From a bacterium (GTDB lineage Bacteria > UBA8248 > JACPRG01 > G963555815), in the NCBI GenBank assembly GCA_965218795.1, contig OZ244653.1, positions 4,544,001 through 4,608,000 on the forward strand: a stretch of DNA of 64,000 nucleotides. Reading direction: 5' to 3'. Positions 10,663-20,569 of the stretch are shown here, piece by piece. Within the stretch, counting starts at the first letter, position 1; each line of letters starts with the position of its first letter. Made by a program: the position numbers and the translations under genes. The notes under the pieces are model-generated. The model did no database searches. It was not told the DNA's origin and saw only the letters and a program-made list of their open reading frames with translations.

Positions 10663-10819
10663 TATGCGCAAAACTTTCAGTCGGTCACTCGGTCGGTTTC
10701 AAAACAGATATGCGCGATGGGATGCGCGTGCATTGCACTCGGACGCAAGTCCTGACGTTCGCCGCCTCCGAGGGCGGGGCAGTGAAGGATGATGAAACGC
10801 CGCTTTGACTGGCGACCCC

Positions 10820-10895
10820 CTGGCCGAAGCCATTCAGTACCGCTCGCTCGACAGGGAGGTGATGGCGTGAAGGTGTCCTGAGAGGAAAGCCGCGC
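10820..10895 (+). repeat. att-like 76-bp copy of comM 3' end
   Basis: Matches 8876-8951 with 2 mismatches; preceded by an arm shared with 44554-44626. Confidence 0.9.
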
Positions 10896-11037
10896 AAGGC
10901 CCGCTGAGCCCCGATCCCCCTTCCTTTGCATCCACCGGGGGCGTTCCCGTGACAGGATGCGCCTTGGCCAAAACCCACCCCAATCGGAAGGCCGTCCCTC
11001 TGGGGAAGCCGTCGGGTTCCATTCGTTCGATTGCGCC

Positions 11038-14000
11038 CTAGAACCGGATTCCGAGATTGATCTGGCCGGCGTATTCCCGCTCATCCGAACCCGGGCCGTC
11101 CGCCGTCGCCTCGACGCCGAGCGAGAAGCGGCCCCGGCGCCAGACCCCGCCCAGGCCCAGCAGAACACGGGTTCTCTCGGACTCCGACCTGAGCTTCTCT
11201 CCCGATACCTCGACGACCGTCTCCCCGCCCCGGAGCGTCCGCTCCACGTCCACCGAACCCCGGAGGGAGAACGACCCGCCGTCCCGGACGCGACCGGTCT
11301 CCGCCGCCAAACCGACGACGCCCTTGAGTTGCTTCGGATCGGTGAGCTTGACCCGCGAGTTCACCGCGTCGGTGAACCTGTCCATGGAAATCCCCGAACG
11401 AACCAGCCGCGCCCGAGGCGTCAGACTCATTCTCGTGCCCAGCGCGATGCGCCGACCCGCCTCGATGCTCAGGGAATGAGCAAGCGCGCCGACGTCCCCC
11501 TTCAGCCGGCCCCGCTTGTCCGAGGAGAGGTCCACCTTGTAGCCGGTCACCGAGAGGCGGCCATCGACATAATAGCCGCTCGCGCCGCCCCAGGACACGC
11601 CCAACCCCGCGCCGAAGCCCTTCGCGTCGACATCCCCGCCCCCGGTCGGCGAGGAAACCTCCGCCGAAGCCTGAACATGCCGCACCGAGACCGTGCCGGT
11701 GATGTCCTTGTTCCAGGGAAACGCGACGTCCACCCCGGCTTCCGCCGCGAGGCGCCTGAAGTCGTACGCCGCGCCGACACTCGCCTCCCCGGACTTGTAA
11801 CTCCCCTTCCCGCCCGAGAGCCGCACCCAGACCGGCGAGCCGCCCAGCCGCAGCCGCTCCCCGGCGGAGCCGCCCAGCCGGAAGACCCCCGGCAGGGACT
11901 CGTAATCCGCCGCGAGGCGCTTGAAGTCGTACGCACTCCTCTGATCGGACCCGTACCTTCTCCTTCCGCCCGAGAGCCGCGCCCCGTCCCGACCCCCGCC
12001 CGTCAGACCGAGCAGCAGACCCGGAAGGGCCTCGTACACGGCCGCGCGCGGCGCGTAGACCTCGATGATGCGGACAGGTGTTTTTGGCTTTTCTGTTGGC
12101 TCTTCCGGCGTTTCCGGTTTGGGGGTTTCGGTGAAGTCGTCCGCGGAGAAATCCCGATCGGCGATGACTCCGGCGGCCCTCTGACTGACGACCCATGCGC
12201 CCGTCGAGCGGTCGACGGTGACGCCCTCGGCCTGGATGATTAAGACGTCCCGCGCCCCGTTCGGGGCCGTGAGGCCGGTGACGCCCGCCGCGCCGTCGTG
12301 GAGCTTCACGTTGTTGACCACGATCGTGGTCTCGCCCCCGTCGTTCACGATCCAGTCGTCGCCGAAGACAGCCGCCACCCGGCGGCCGTCGAGATTCATC
12401 GAGACATGGAGCCTGGGCTTGAGCGGCTCTCCATTTTCGACGGGCGTGTCTCCCGTGGCGAGAATCGCGATGCCCGACGCCGCGCCGACGCTCCCCTTCG
12501 GCCCGATGACGACCCGGCCCCCGCCGGCGAGCCAGACCCCCGCCCCCGCGCCCGTGCCGCCCATCACCGCGCCGTTCACCGTGACCGTCTGCCTCCGGTA
12601 GCCGTCCGCGTCCATACCCGCGGCGCGTATCACTTCTCCCTGGGCGTTGAGGGCGCCCACCCGGACGCCGATCGCGTTCTCCCCGCCGGCGCTGATCGTT
12701 CCCCCGACCGTGACCGCGATGGTCCTAGAGTCCATCGTACCGTAATGATAGGCCACGACCCCGTGGGCGTTGTCGCCCGCCGTGGTGATGGCGTTATCGC
12801 CTGCCGTCGTAATGGTGATGTCGCCGTCGCCGTCGCCTTGATGAACGCCATAGATGCCGTAGGAATACGCGCCCGCCGTCGTGATGGAGCCGCCCTGAAC
12901 GGAGATATCGATGTTTCCGCTGCCTGGGTGATAGCCTAAGACGCCGTGGGCAATAGCGCCAAGACCCAAAGTGATGCCCGTGCTTTCCGTCGTGATGGCG
13001 GCGTCTTGAACGGAGATGCCGATGTCGCCGTTGCCTTGATGTATGCCAGAGACACCGTGGGACTGGGTGCCCTCGGTCGTGATGCTGCCGCCTTGAACGT
13101 CGATGGTGACGCGGCCCGAGCCGCCTCCATCACGCGCACCCAGGATGCCGGGGGAGTTCAAGGAGAGTGAGTCGTAGTCGTTCATCGTCGTGATGGCGAC
13201 GTTTCGAACAACTATATTGACATTGTTGTCCGTGCCGCTGCCGAAATGCGTGGCATCGACGCCCGTTGCACCCGTCATGACGCTGCCCCCCCGGACGTTG
13301 ACGGTGAGAGAACCGGCGCCTTCATGAAGGCCTCTGACGCCGGTGGAGGGACCTGCCGTGCTGATGGCGCTGTCTCGAACGTTGATGGCGAGGGCGCCGT
13401 TGCCTCGATGCCGGCCAAAGACGCTGTGAGCACTACTTGAATCAGGTGATGGCGACGCGATGGCGCTGTCTCGAACGTTGATGGTGAGGGCGCCGTCGCC
13501 TCGATGCTGGCCATTGACGCCAACGGCTCCAGTCGCCTCGATTCTGCCGCCTTGAATGCCGATGGTGACGTCGCCGTCGCGTGTGCCGTCGGCGGCGCTT
13601 CCGTGAAGTGCGAAGACCCCGTGGGACCCATTCGTCGTGATGGTGGGGTCCTGAACGTCGATGACGATATCAGCCGTGGAACCGGCGGACTCTATGCACG
13701 AGACCCGCTGTCCGGCCGCGGGCGCGCCTCCTCTGCACGGCTCGGGGGTCTGGGCCCGCGCCTCTCCGACACTGAGAGTGAACGCGGCGGCCACCGTCAG
13801 GGCGATGGCGCCCATCCGCGCCCGCGCCCCGCCTCTTGCTCTGGAGTCTGGAGTCTGGAGTCTGGAGTCTGGAGTCTGGAGTCTGAAGTCTGAAGTCTGA
13901 AGTCTGAAGTCTGAAGTCTGAAGTCTGAAGTCTGAAGTCTGAAGTCTGAAGTCTGAAGTCTGAAGTCTGAAGTCTGAAGTCTGAAGTCTGAAGTCTGAAG

Positions 14001-14162
14001 TCTGAAGTCTGAAGTCTGAAGTCTGAAGTCTGAAGTCTGAAGTCTGAAGTCTGAAGTCTGAAGTCTGAAGTCTGAAGTCTGAAGTCTGAAGTCTGAAGTC
14101 TGAAGTCTGGATCGTACCACATTCATCAAGTGCAGACAAGCCCATGACGGACGAGCAATCAT
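11038..14162 (-). CDS. Type Va autotransporter, probably phase-variable and frameshifted in the repeat tract (in-frame ORF 11038-14145)
   Basis: Signal-like MGAIALTVAAAFTLSVGEARA, GxH beta-helix-like repeats, P/E/T/K linker, barrel ending NLGIRF; GAGGAG RBS precedes ATG 14162 in another frame. Confidence 0.85.
13840..14111. repeat. Heptamer tandem repeat: 6 x TCTGGAG + 32 x TCTGAAG + partial TCTGGA
   Basis: Counted: 13840-13881 (42 bp) and 13882-14105 (224 bp). Confidence 0.97.
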
Positions 14163-14337
14163 TTGGAATATCTCCTCTTCCTTCACTGTCAACACCACTG
14201 CCAACACTCTCCCCTCATTCCTGTCCAATCGACAAGGTGCGCCTCGGAGGGTTCGATGAATCGTAGCGGAATTGTACCGCCAAAAGTGAACGGAATTTTT
14301 AAATGCTTTCTGGGCGAAATACCGCTTGCGCCCGATG

Positions 14338-14845
14338 CTTTAGTCGAGGGCCTGTTGCTTCACTCCCCGAATGCTCATGGATTCCTGCCTGCGCAGGAAT
14401 GACAGGCAGGTCCCTGTCGAGCTCCGACGAGCCTGGCCCCCCGTGTGTCTCAGGCGGGGGCATTCCCGCAGGCCACGCCCCACTTGTCATTCCCGCGGAA
14501 GCGGGAATCCACAGGACCGCCCAATCCGGCCATGTTCAGGCCGGAGCGGATCCCTCGCGCGGGCCAGCCCACGGCTTCTGGTTCTCAACACCCCGCCTGG
14601 ATTCCCGCTTTCGCGGGAATGACGAACAAGGCTCCCGCGCAACAGCCTGTCATCCCCGCCCTCGAATGTCCCAATCGGGGGCAGGAATGACCGAGAGCCC
14701 GCCCCTGCATGGTTTCAGCAGGGGGCGCGCCAATCCCAAAGTCATTCATCAAGGATGGTGTCCCTGGAATCCAACTGATTTCATCCCCGATTCATCGCCA
14801 TTTCAGGCCCCATTCTGGATTTCCGCCTGCGCGGGAATGACGAAA
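14338..14845. repeat. Cluster of REP-like palindromes (GTCATTCCCGC..GCGGGAATCC family)
   Basis: Units near 14378, 14486, 14598, 14649 and 14816, in both orientations. Confidence 0.85.
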
Positions 14846-15036
14846 TGGGGGCGGGGTACATGGTGACGCCGCGCTTCCACTGAAGCGTTGACCGTCCATC
14901 CCGATTCCGGTAAGGTGCTGCACACCTCTCAAACCGGTGAGTGGACAAGAGCCTTTTCCCATCCCGCGAGCGCGCCTTGGGTTCCGTGGAATGATCTGTG
15001 GCTTGTGAAGCCGAAGCCTGAGTGAGGAGGCTGGCG

Positions 15037-16065
15037 ATGTCTCGATTTTCGACCGTTCAGATTGGCTTGAGCAGCGTCCTGCCGGTGTCTGAGACCGTTG
15101 AACTGGCCATGCGCGCCGAGGCCTTGGGGTTTTCCCGATTCTGGATCGCCGAGGAGTATCATTGGCGAAGCGGCACGGCGACCGCGGCGGCCGTGGCCCT
15201 CAACACCCGCTCCATCGGCATCGGCCTGGGCATCGTCAGTCCGTTCACGCGCCACCCCGGGGTTCTGGCCATGGAGGGGGCGACCCTGGGCGAGATGTCG
15301 GGCGGACGGTTTATCCTGGGTCTCGGGGTTTCGGTCATCGGACTTCTGCGCCACGGGCAGTGGGGCCGGGTGCCAATCGCCAGGGGAATGCGGGAGGGCG
15401 TCGGCTTGGTGAAGCGCCTCCTGGCCGGGGAAACAGTCTCATCCGAGGGGGAGGTGTATCACCTGGATCAGGCCGGCATCGGTTTCTCACCGCCAGGAGG
15501 AACCGGCGTGCCGGTGCACGTGGCTGCCCTGAGCCCCCGAAATCTGGAAATGGCCGGAGAACTGGCGGACGGCCTGCTCATCGGCATTTTTTGCCCTCCC
15601 GCATTCGTGAAGACGTGCCTCGAGCACTTCCGCAAGGGCGCGGAACGGGTCGGAAGGGACGTGTCCAACATCGAGGTCGGAATGTACGCATTGATGGCGG
15701 CCGACCGGGACGTGGATGCGGCCCGGGCGGCGGTCAGAGACACCATCGCCAATTACATCGCGTGGGGCGAAATTCCAGAGGACCGGGCCGAGGCCATCGG
15801 CATGACACGGGAGATGTTCGATCGCCTGACCGCAGAGATGTCCGCGGCGTATGCTCGCGGGGACCGGGAGAGCATGCGAAAGGCTGTCCCGGAGGGTCTG
15901 ATCGACACCCTGTCGATCACGGGAACGCCCGAGGCCTGTGTCGAGGCCCTGCGGCCGTTCGCCGAAGCGGGCGTCACCTCGCTGATCCCCTACCATGTCC
16001 TGGGCGCGAGCCGCATGGGGGGACTTGAGACCATTGCCCGGGAGATCGTTCCGCAGGTCACGTAA
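15037..16065 (+). CDS. LLM-class flavin/F420-dependent oxidoreductase
   Basis: AEALGFSRFWIAE, RHPGVLA, SGGRFILGLG, AGELADG; RBS GAGGAGG. Confidence 0.9.
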   Translation: MSRFSTVQIGLSSVLPVSETVELAMRAEALGFSRFWIAEEYHWRSGTATAAAVALNTRSIGIGLGIVSPFTRHPGVLAMEGATLGEMSGGRFILGLGVSVIGLLRHGQWGRVPIARGMREGVGLVKRLLAGETVSSEGEVYHLDQAGIGFSPPGGTGVPVHVAALSPRNLEMAGELADGLLIGIFCPPAFVKTCLEHFRKGAERVGRDVSNIEVGMYALMAADRDVDAARAAVRDTIANYIAWGEIPEDRAEAIGMTREMFDRLTAEMSAAYARGDRESMRKAVPEGLIDTLSITGTPEACVEALRPFAEAGVTSLIPYHVLGASRMGGLETIAREIVPQVT

Positions 16066-16101
16066 ACCGCTGTCCGCGAGACAGCCGACGGGAGAGGGAG
16101 G

Positions 16102-16926
16102 ATGCACAACATTCCCTGGCCCAACGGGGCACGGTGCGCCGTGGTTCTCAGCTTCGACGTGGACGGCGAGGCGGGGCTGCTCGGCCCGAAGCGGGAGCAT
16201 CAGACCCGGCTCTCGGCCCTGTCCCACGCGGCGTTCGGTCCGGACGTTGGGGTCCCCCGCATCCTGGACCTGTTAAAGCGCTATGCGTTGTCCGCCTCTT
16301 TTCATATCCCGGGTTACACGGCAGAGCTCTACCCCCACCGCGTTGAAGAAGTCGTGAAGGGCGGCCATGAGGTCGGCCATCACGGTTATCTGCACGAGCG
16401 GCTGGACGAGTTGGGATCCGAAGCGGAAGAGGAGGAGATCCTGCAAAAGGGCATCGAGGCCCTGCGGAAGATTACGGGGGAGGCTCCGGTCGGCTATCGC
16501 GCTCCGTGGTGGGAGATCAACCCCTGGACCCCGGCCCTGCTGAAACGCTGCGGCTTCATTTACGACAGCAGCCTGATGGGAAACGACGCGCCCTACACCA
16601 TCGAGGCAGGGGACGGCCCTCTCTTGGAGCTCCCGGTGTCCTGGCTCATGGACGACTGGGAGCAGTACGCTTATTCCGTGGTTCCCCGGTTCGGCTATGT
16701 GATCGAGGAGCCGGACAAGGCCGTCCGGCTATGGATGGCGGAGTTCGAAGGCTTGTACGAGATCGGGGGCTGTTTCATGCTGACCATGCATCCACAGCTG
16801 ACGGGGCGAATCTCGAGGCTCAAGGCCCTCGAAAAACTCATTCGCCAAATCCAAGGGTATCCCCGCGTCTGGTGGACAACGTCCAAGGCCATCGCGGAGT
16901 TCTGGGCTCGCGAGGGACTGGAGTGA
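16102..16926 (+). CDS. Polysaccharide deacetylase family (CE4, PuuE/HP0310-like)
   Basis: WPNGARCA, SFDVD, HEVGHHGYLHE, GYRAP, YDSS, TMHP. Confidence 0.9.
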   Translation: MHNIPWPNGARCAVVLSFDVDGEAGLLGPKREHQTRLSALSHAAFGPDVGVPRILDLLKRYALSASFHIPGYTAELYPHRVEEVVKGGHEVGHHGYLHERLDELGSEAEEEEILQKGIEALRKITGEAPVGYRAPWWEINPWTPALLKRCGFIYDSSLMGNDAPYTIEAGDGPLLELPVSWLMDDWEQYAYSVVPRFGYVIEEPDKAVRLWMAEFEGLYEIGGCFMLTMHPQLTGRISRLKALEKLIRQIQGYPRVWWTTSKAIAEFWAREGLE

Positions 16927-17008
16927 ACTCCGGCTGAGCCGCCATTCCACGGCAGGCTCTTCCGGAGCGGACCCCGAATCTGAACCTGCTCAAAGGAGGC
17001 ATGAACGC

Positions 17009-17974
17009 ATGGAACGGAACTATCCTCGGGACCCGCAGGTCGTACCGAGGTTTGCCAGCGTTACGACGTTTTTCCGCCTTCCGGTCGTGGAGGATTGGAA
17101 GACGCTGGATGTGGTCCTGACGGGACTTCCGTTTGACAGCGGCGCCTCCTATCGTCCCGGGGCGCGATTCGGTCCCAGGGCCGTGCGGGAAGCCAGCTCC
17201 CTGCTCAGGCCCTACAACCCCGTGTTGGACGTGGACCCCTACAAGGAGCTGAACTTCGGAGACGCGGGAGACCTCCCCCTGAGCCCGATGGACCTGAACC
17301 GGACACACGCAATCGTCGAGGAGCGTTTCCGCGAAGTATACCGGAGCGAAGGGATGACTCCGATGACCTTCGGCGGGGACCACAGCCTGACCCTGCCGAT
17401 CCTGCGGGGCGTGAACGAGCGGTATCCTCAGGTCTGCTTTCTTCAGATGGACGCGCATCTGGACACGTGGGACAGCTACTTCGGCAGCCGGTACACCCAC
17501 GGGTCGTTCGCCATGCGCGCCGTCGAGGAGAAGGTGATCGACCCCGAGGGTTCCCTTCAGGTCGGGATCCGGGGACCCCTTTTCGGACCGGAGGACCTCC
17601 AGCGGAACCGGGACTGGGGCTGGGACATCATCCACGCCGAGGAGGTTCATGCGACCGGCCCCTCCGAAGTGATTCGAAAAATCCGGGACAAGGTCGGCAG
17701 CCGTCCGCTCTACGTCTCTTTCGACGTGGACTGTCTGGACCCGGCGTTCGCGCCAGGGACCGGAACCCCCGAGGTCGGCGGGCTGACGAGTGCGCAGGCG
17801 ATCGAGATTCTGCGCGGGTTGAAGGGGCTTCACATCGTCGGGGCCGATGTCGTGGAGGTCTCGCCTCCTTACGATCAAGGGCAGATTACCGCCCTTCTGG
17901 CTGCGCGCGTCGGATTTGAGATGAATTGCCTCATCGCCATCGCTCATCGGGGAAAGGACGGACGGTCAGCCTGA
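17009..17974 (+). CDS. speB: Agmatinase-family ureohydrolase
   Basis: RPGARFGP, GGDHS, DAHLD, SFDVDCLDPAFAPGTGTP. Confidence 0.88.
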   Translation: MERNYPRDPQVVPRFASVTTFFRLPVVEDWKTLDVVLTGLPFDSGASYRPGARFGPRAVREASSLLRPYNPVLDVDPYKELNFGDAGDLPLSPMDLNRTHAIVEERFREVYRSEGMTPMTFGGDHSLTLPILRGVNERYPQVCFLQMDAHLDTWDSYFGSRYTHGSFAMRAVEEKVIDPEGSLQVGIRGPLFGPEDLQRNRDWGWDIIHAEEVHATGPSEVIRKIRDKVGSRPLYVSFDVDCLDPAFAPGTGTPEVGGLTSAQAIEILRGLKGLHIVGADVVEVSPPYDQGQITALLAARVGFEMNCLIAIAHRGKDGRSA

Positions 17975-18099
17975 AACGGAAGAAGGAGTATACGGAGCCT
18001 CGTCCGTCCAGTGCCGTTTCTTTGCGCAGGCCTGCGATACCGGGGAAGAGAGGGAAGAGAAGGTTCATTCAGTCAACGGACTCACGGTTCGGAGAAGTA

Positions 18100-18141
18100 T
18101 TGACAGGGGGCGGAGGCTCCCTCAAAATGGTTTGATATCAA
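18100..18141 (+). promoter_or_regulatory. Putative sigma70 promoter plus palindromic operator
   Basis: TTGACA-N17-CAAAAT followed by TTGATATCAA (18132-18141). Confidence 0.5.
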
Positions 18142-18236
18142 GTACATAGAGGGGGGCGGCCGGAAGGCCCGGCGGACGTACCCACTCCCCTTGCAGCCAA
18201 CCATCCGAAAAAAGTTTTTTTGCCGGACATTCACGA

Positions 18237-19421
18237 ATGGCCAGTATTCTCCTGGAGAGGGTTTGGAAGCGGTATGGGTCCGTGGAGGCGGTCAAGGACC
18301 TGAACCTGGAGTGCAGACAGGGTGAGCTTTTGGCTCTGCTGGGACCCTCTGGGTGCGGGAAGACCTCAACCCTGAAGATGGTCGCCGGAATCGAAGACGT
18401 GACCGAAGGAGAGATCTACTTCGACGCCCGGCCCGTCAGTCATCTGGCTCCGGGGGAACGGAACATTGCCATGGTCTTCGAGGATTACGCCCTGTATCCC
18501 CACCTGACCGTGGGCGAGAACATCGCCTTCCCCCTGAAGATCAAGAAGCGGCCCGCCAGTGAAATCCAATCCCGCGTCCAGTCGGCCCTGGAATTGCTGG
18601 GCCTGCAAGAGCTTCAGCACGAGAACGTCAAGTTCATGAGCGGAGGCGCTCAGCAGCGGGTTTCCATCGGTCGGGCGCTCGTCCGGGATCCCGAACTCAT
18701 CCTGTTCGACGAGCCGCTCAGCCACCTGGACGGGGACCACAAGGTCCAGCTCCGGGGCGAGATCAAGCGACTGCAACAAGAGACCGGACTGACCTCCATT
18801 CTGGTGACGCATGACCAGACCGAAGCCGTGGCAATGTCCGACCGGATTGCGGTGATGAACCTGGGGGCTTTACAGCAGGTCGCCTCCCCCAAGGAGCTCT
18901 ACGCCCGCCCGGCCAATCTCTTCGTGGCCAATTTCATCGGTGAGCCGCCGATGAACCTCCTCCTGGGAACGCTGAGGGAGGAATCGGGCGACCTGTTGTT
19001 CGAGGGGGAGGGGTTCGCGTTTTCCTTCCCCGGCGAAATGGCCGCTCGAATCGCCTGGATGGCCAACTCATCCCGGATGGTCCTGGGAGTCCGACCGGAG
19101 CATGTCCGCCTCTCCCCGCGAAATTCGGTCGGGGACGGTCTCAACGGCCCGCCGGGCCGCCTCCACTTCCGAGAGCCCCGGGGGGACGTAGAGGTCATTC
19201 TCGTAAAGATCGAGAGCGCATCGACCTCCACGAGCGCGGATGACATCCTGACCCGGGACATCCTGACCGTGGAGCTTTCCGGGGACCACGAACTTCGGGA
19301 AGACGAGCCCGTCAACTGCCGGTTTCTGGCGAACCATCTCCATCTGTTCGACACGGAGACGGGCCGAAACCTCCTTGCAGCAGAACCCGTCGATGCAGTC
19401 ATGACAGGGAGAGCCTCGTGA
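18237..19421 (+). CDS. MalK-like ABC ATP-binding protein
   Basis: GPSGCGKT, MSGGAQQR, FDEPLS, VTHDQ, FIGEPPMN. Confidence 0.93.
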   Translation: MASILLERVWKRYGSVEAVKDLNLECRQGELLALLGPSGCGKTSTLKMVAGIEDVTEGEIYFDARPVSHLAPGERNIAMVFEDYALYPHLTVGENIAFPLKIKKRPASEIQSRVQSALELLGLQELQHENVKFMSGGAQQRVSIGRALVRDPELILFDEPLSHLDGDHKVQLRGEIKRLQQETGLTSILVTHDQTEAVAMSDRIAVMNLGALQQVASPKELYARPANLFVANFIGEPPMNLLLGTLREESGDLLFEGEGFAFSFPGEMAARIAWMANSSRMVLGVRPEHVRLSPRNSVGDGLNGPPGRLHFREPRGDVEVILVKIESASTSTSADDILTRDILTVELSGDHELREDEPVNCRFLANHLHLFDTETGRNLLAAEPVDAVMTGRAS

Positions 19422-20524
19422 GTCGGTTGGAACTTCGGAAGATCGGAAAAACGTTCGGGGATGTCTGCGCCCTGGACGCGGTCGACCTGGACATCAATCC
19501 GGGCGAGATACTCGGCCTCACGGGACCTTCGGGCGCCGGAAAGACCACAACCTGCCGCGTCGTGGCCGGGATTGAATCCCCGACCGAAGGGCGGGTCGTC
19601 ATTGACGGCCAAGTCGTGAACACCCAATCACCCCAGCAGCGCGGCGTTTCCTTCATGTTTGAATCCTATGCGCTCTACCCCCACTTCACCGTTTTCGACA
19701 ACATCACCTTTCCTCTCCGCGCGCCGGGTCAAAAGAGGCGCTATTCGGCGGACGAATTGCGGCGTCGCGTGCACGAGATGACGAATCTTGTGGAAATCAG
19801 AGGACTGGAGAGGCGTTTTCCGAGTGAGCTGTCGGGCGGGCAGAAGCAGCGAGTGGCCCTGTGCCGGGCCCTGATCCAGGAGCCGGCGGCGTACCTGCTC
19901 GATGAGCCGATCTCCCATCTGGACGCGAAGCTCAGACACAAACTGCGCGGCGAGATCCGGCGGCGACAGGTTCAGCTGAGCGTTCCGACGGTTTGGACCT
20001 CGCCGGACGCCCTGGAAGCGCTGTCCGTATCCGATCGGGTCGCGGTCATGGTCCACGGACGGATTCATCAGGTCGGCTCACCGCGAGAGGTCTATCTTCA
20101 TCCGGCCACCCTCGACGTGGCGCGCCTGGTGGGGGATCCGGCTACGAACCTCCTGAGCGGCCGGCTCGAGACGGAGGAGGGTCGAATGGTCTTTCGCCAT
20201 CCGGCCCTGCGCCTGCCACTGGAGGAATCCTTTCGGCAGAAGCTCCAGGCCAACGGAGATGGGAGAGAAATCATTTTGGGAGTCCGTCCCACCGAGATCA
20301 AGATCCTGGAGGGAGCGCCTGCGGGGGAAGGTCAGCCGGGTGAGGTGTACGTCTACGAGCCCTTCGGCAAGTACGGGATCCTGAGCGTCCGTCTGGGAGA
20401 GGACATTATCAAAGTGAAGACACCGAAGCAGAGGGACTTCCGCGTCGGTGAGAAGGTGAACCTCGACTTCGGACAGGCGGAGTTGCTCGCGTTCGATCCT
20501 GAGCGGGGCCGGGCAATTGTTTAG
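19418..20524 (+). CDS. Second MalK-like ABC ATP-binding protein
   Basis: GPSGAGKT, LSGGQKQR, LDEPIS; the H-loop His is replaced (TSPD). Confidence 0.92.
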   Translation: MSRLELRKIGKTFGDVCALDAVDLDINPGEILGLTGPSGAGKTTTCRVVAGIESPTEGRVVIDGQVVNTQSPQQRGVSFMFESYALYPHFTVFDNITFPLRAPGQKRRYSADELRRRVHEMTNLVEIRGLERRFPSELSGGQKQRVALCRALIQEPAAYLLDEPISHLDAKLRHKLRGEIRRRQVQLSVPTVWTSPDALEALSVSDRVAVMVHGRIHQVGSPREVYLHPATLDVARLVGDPATNLLSGRLETEEGRMVFRHPALRLPLEESFRQKLQANGDGREIILGVRPTEIKILEGAPAGEGQPGEVYVYEPFGKYGILSVRLGEDIIKVKTPKQRDFRVGEKVNLDFGQAELLAFDPERGRAIV

Positions 20525-20569
20525 AGGAACCCCCCAATCTTTGCTCCAGTTCCATGAAAGGGAGTCTGG

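Noticed and set aside
13840-14111. Possible CRISPR array
   Set aside because: Contiguous 7-mers with no spacers and no cas genes
14143-14145. ORF-track start of the 1035-aa autotransporter
   Set aside because: No RBS and not conserved in the paralogous leader; disfavoured but not excluded
14929-15036. Guanidine-I riboswitch upstream of the ureohydrolase operon (GGGTTCCG seen)
   Set aside because: The remaining consensus elements and a terminator are absent
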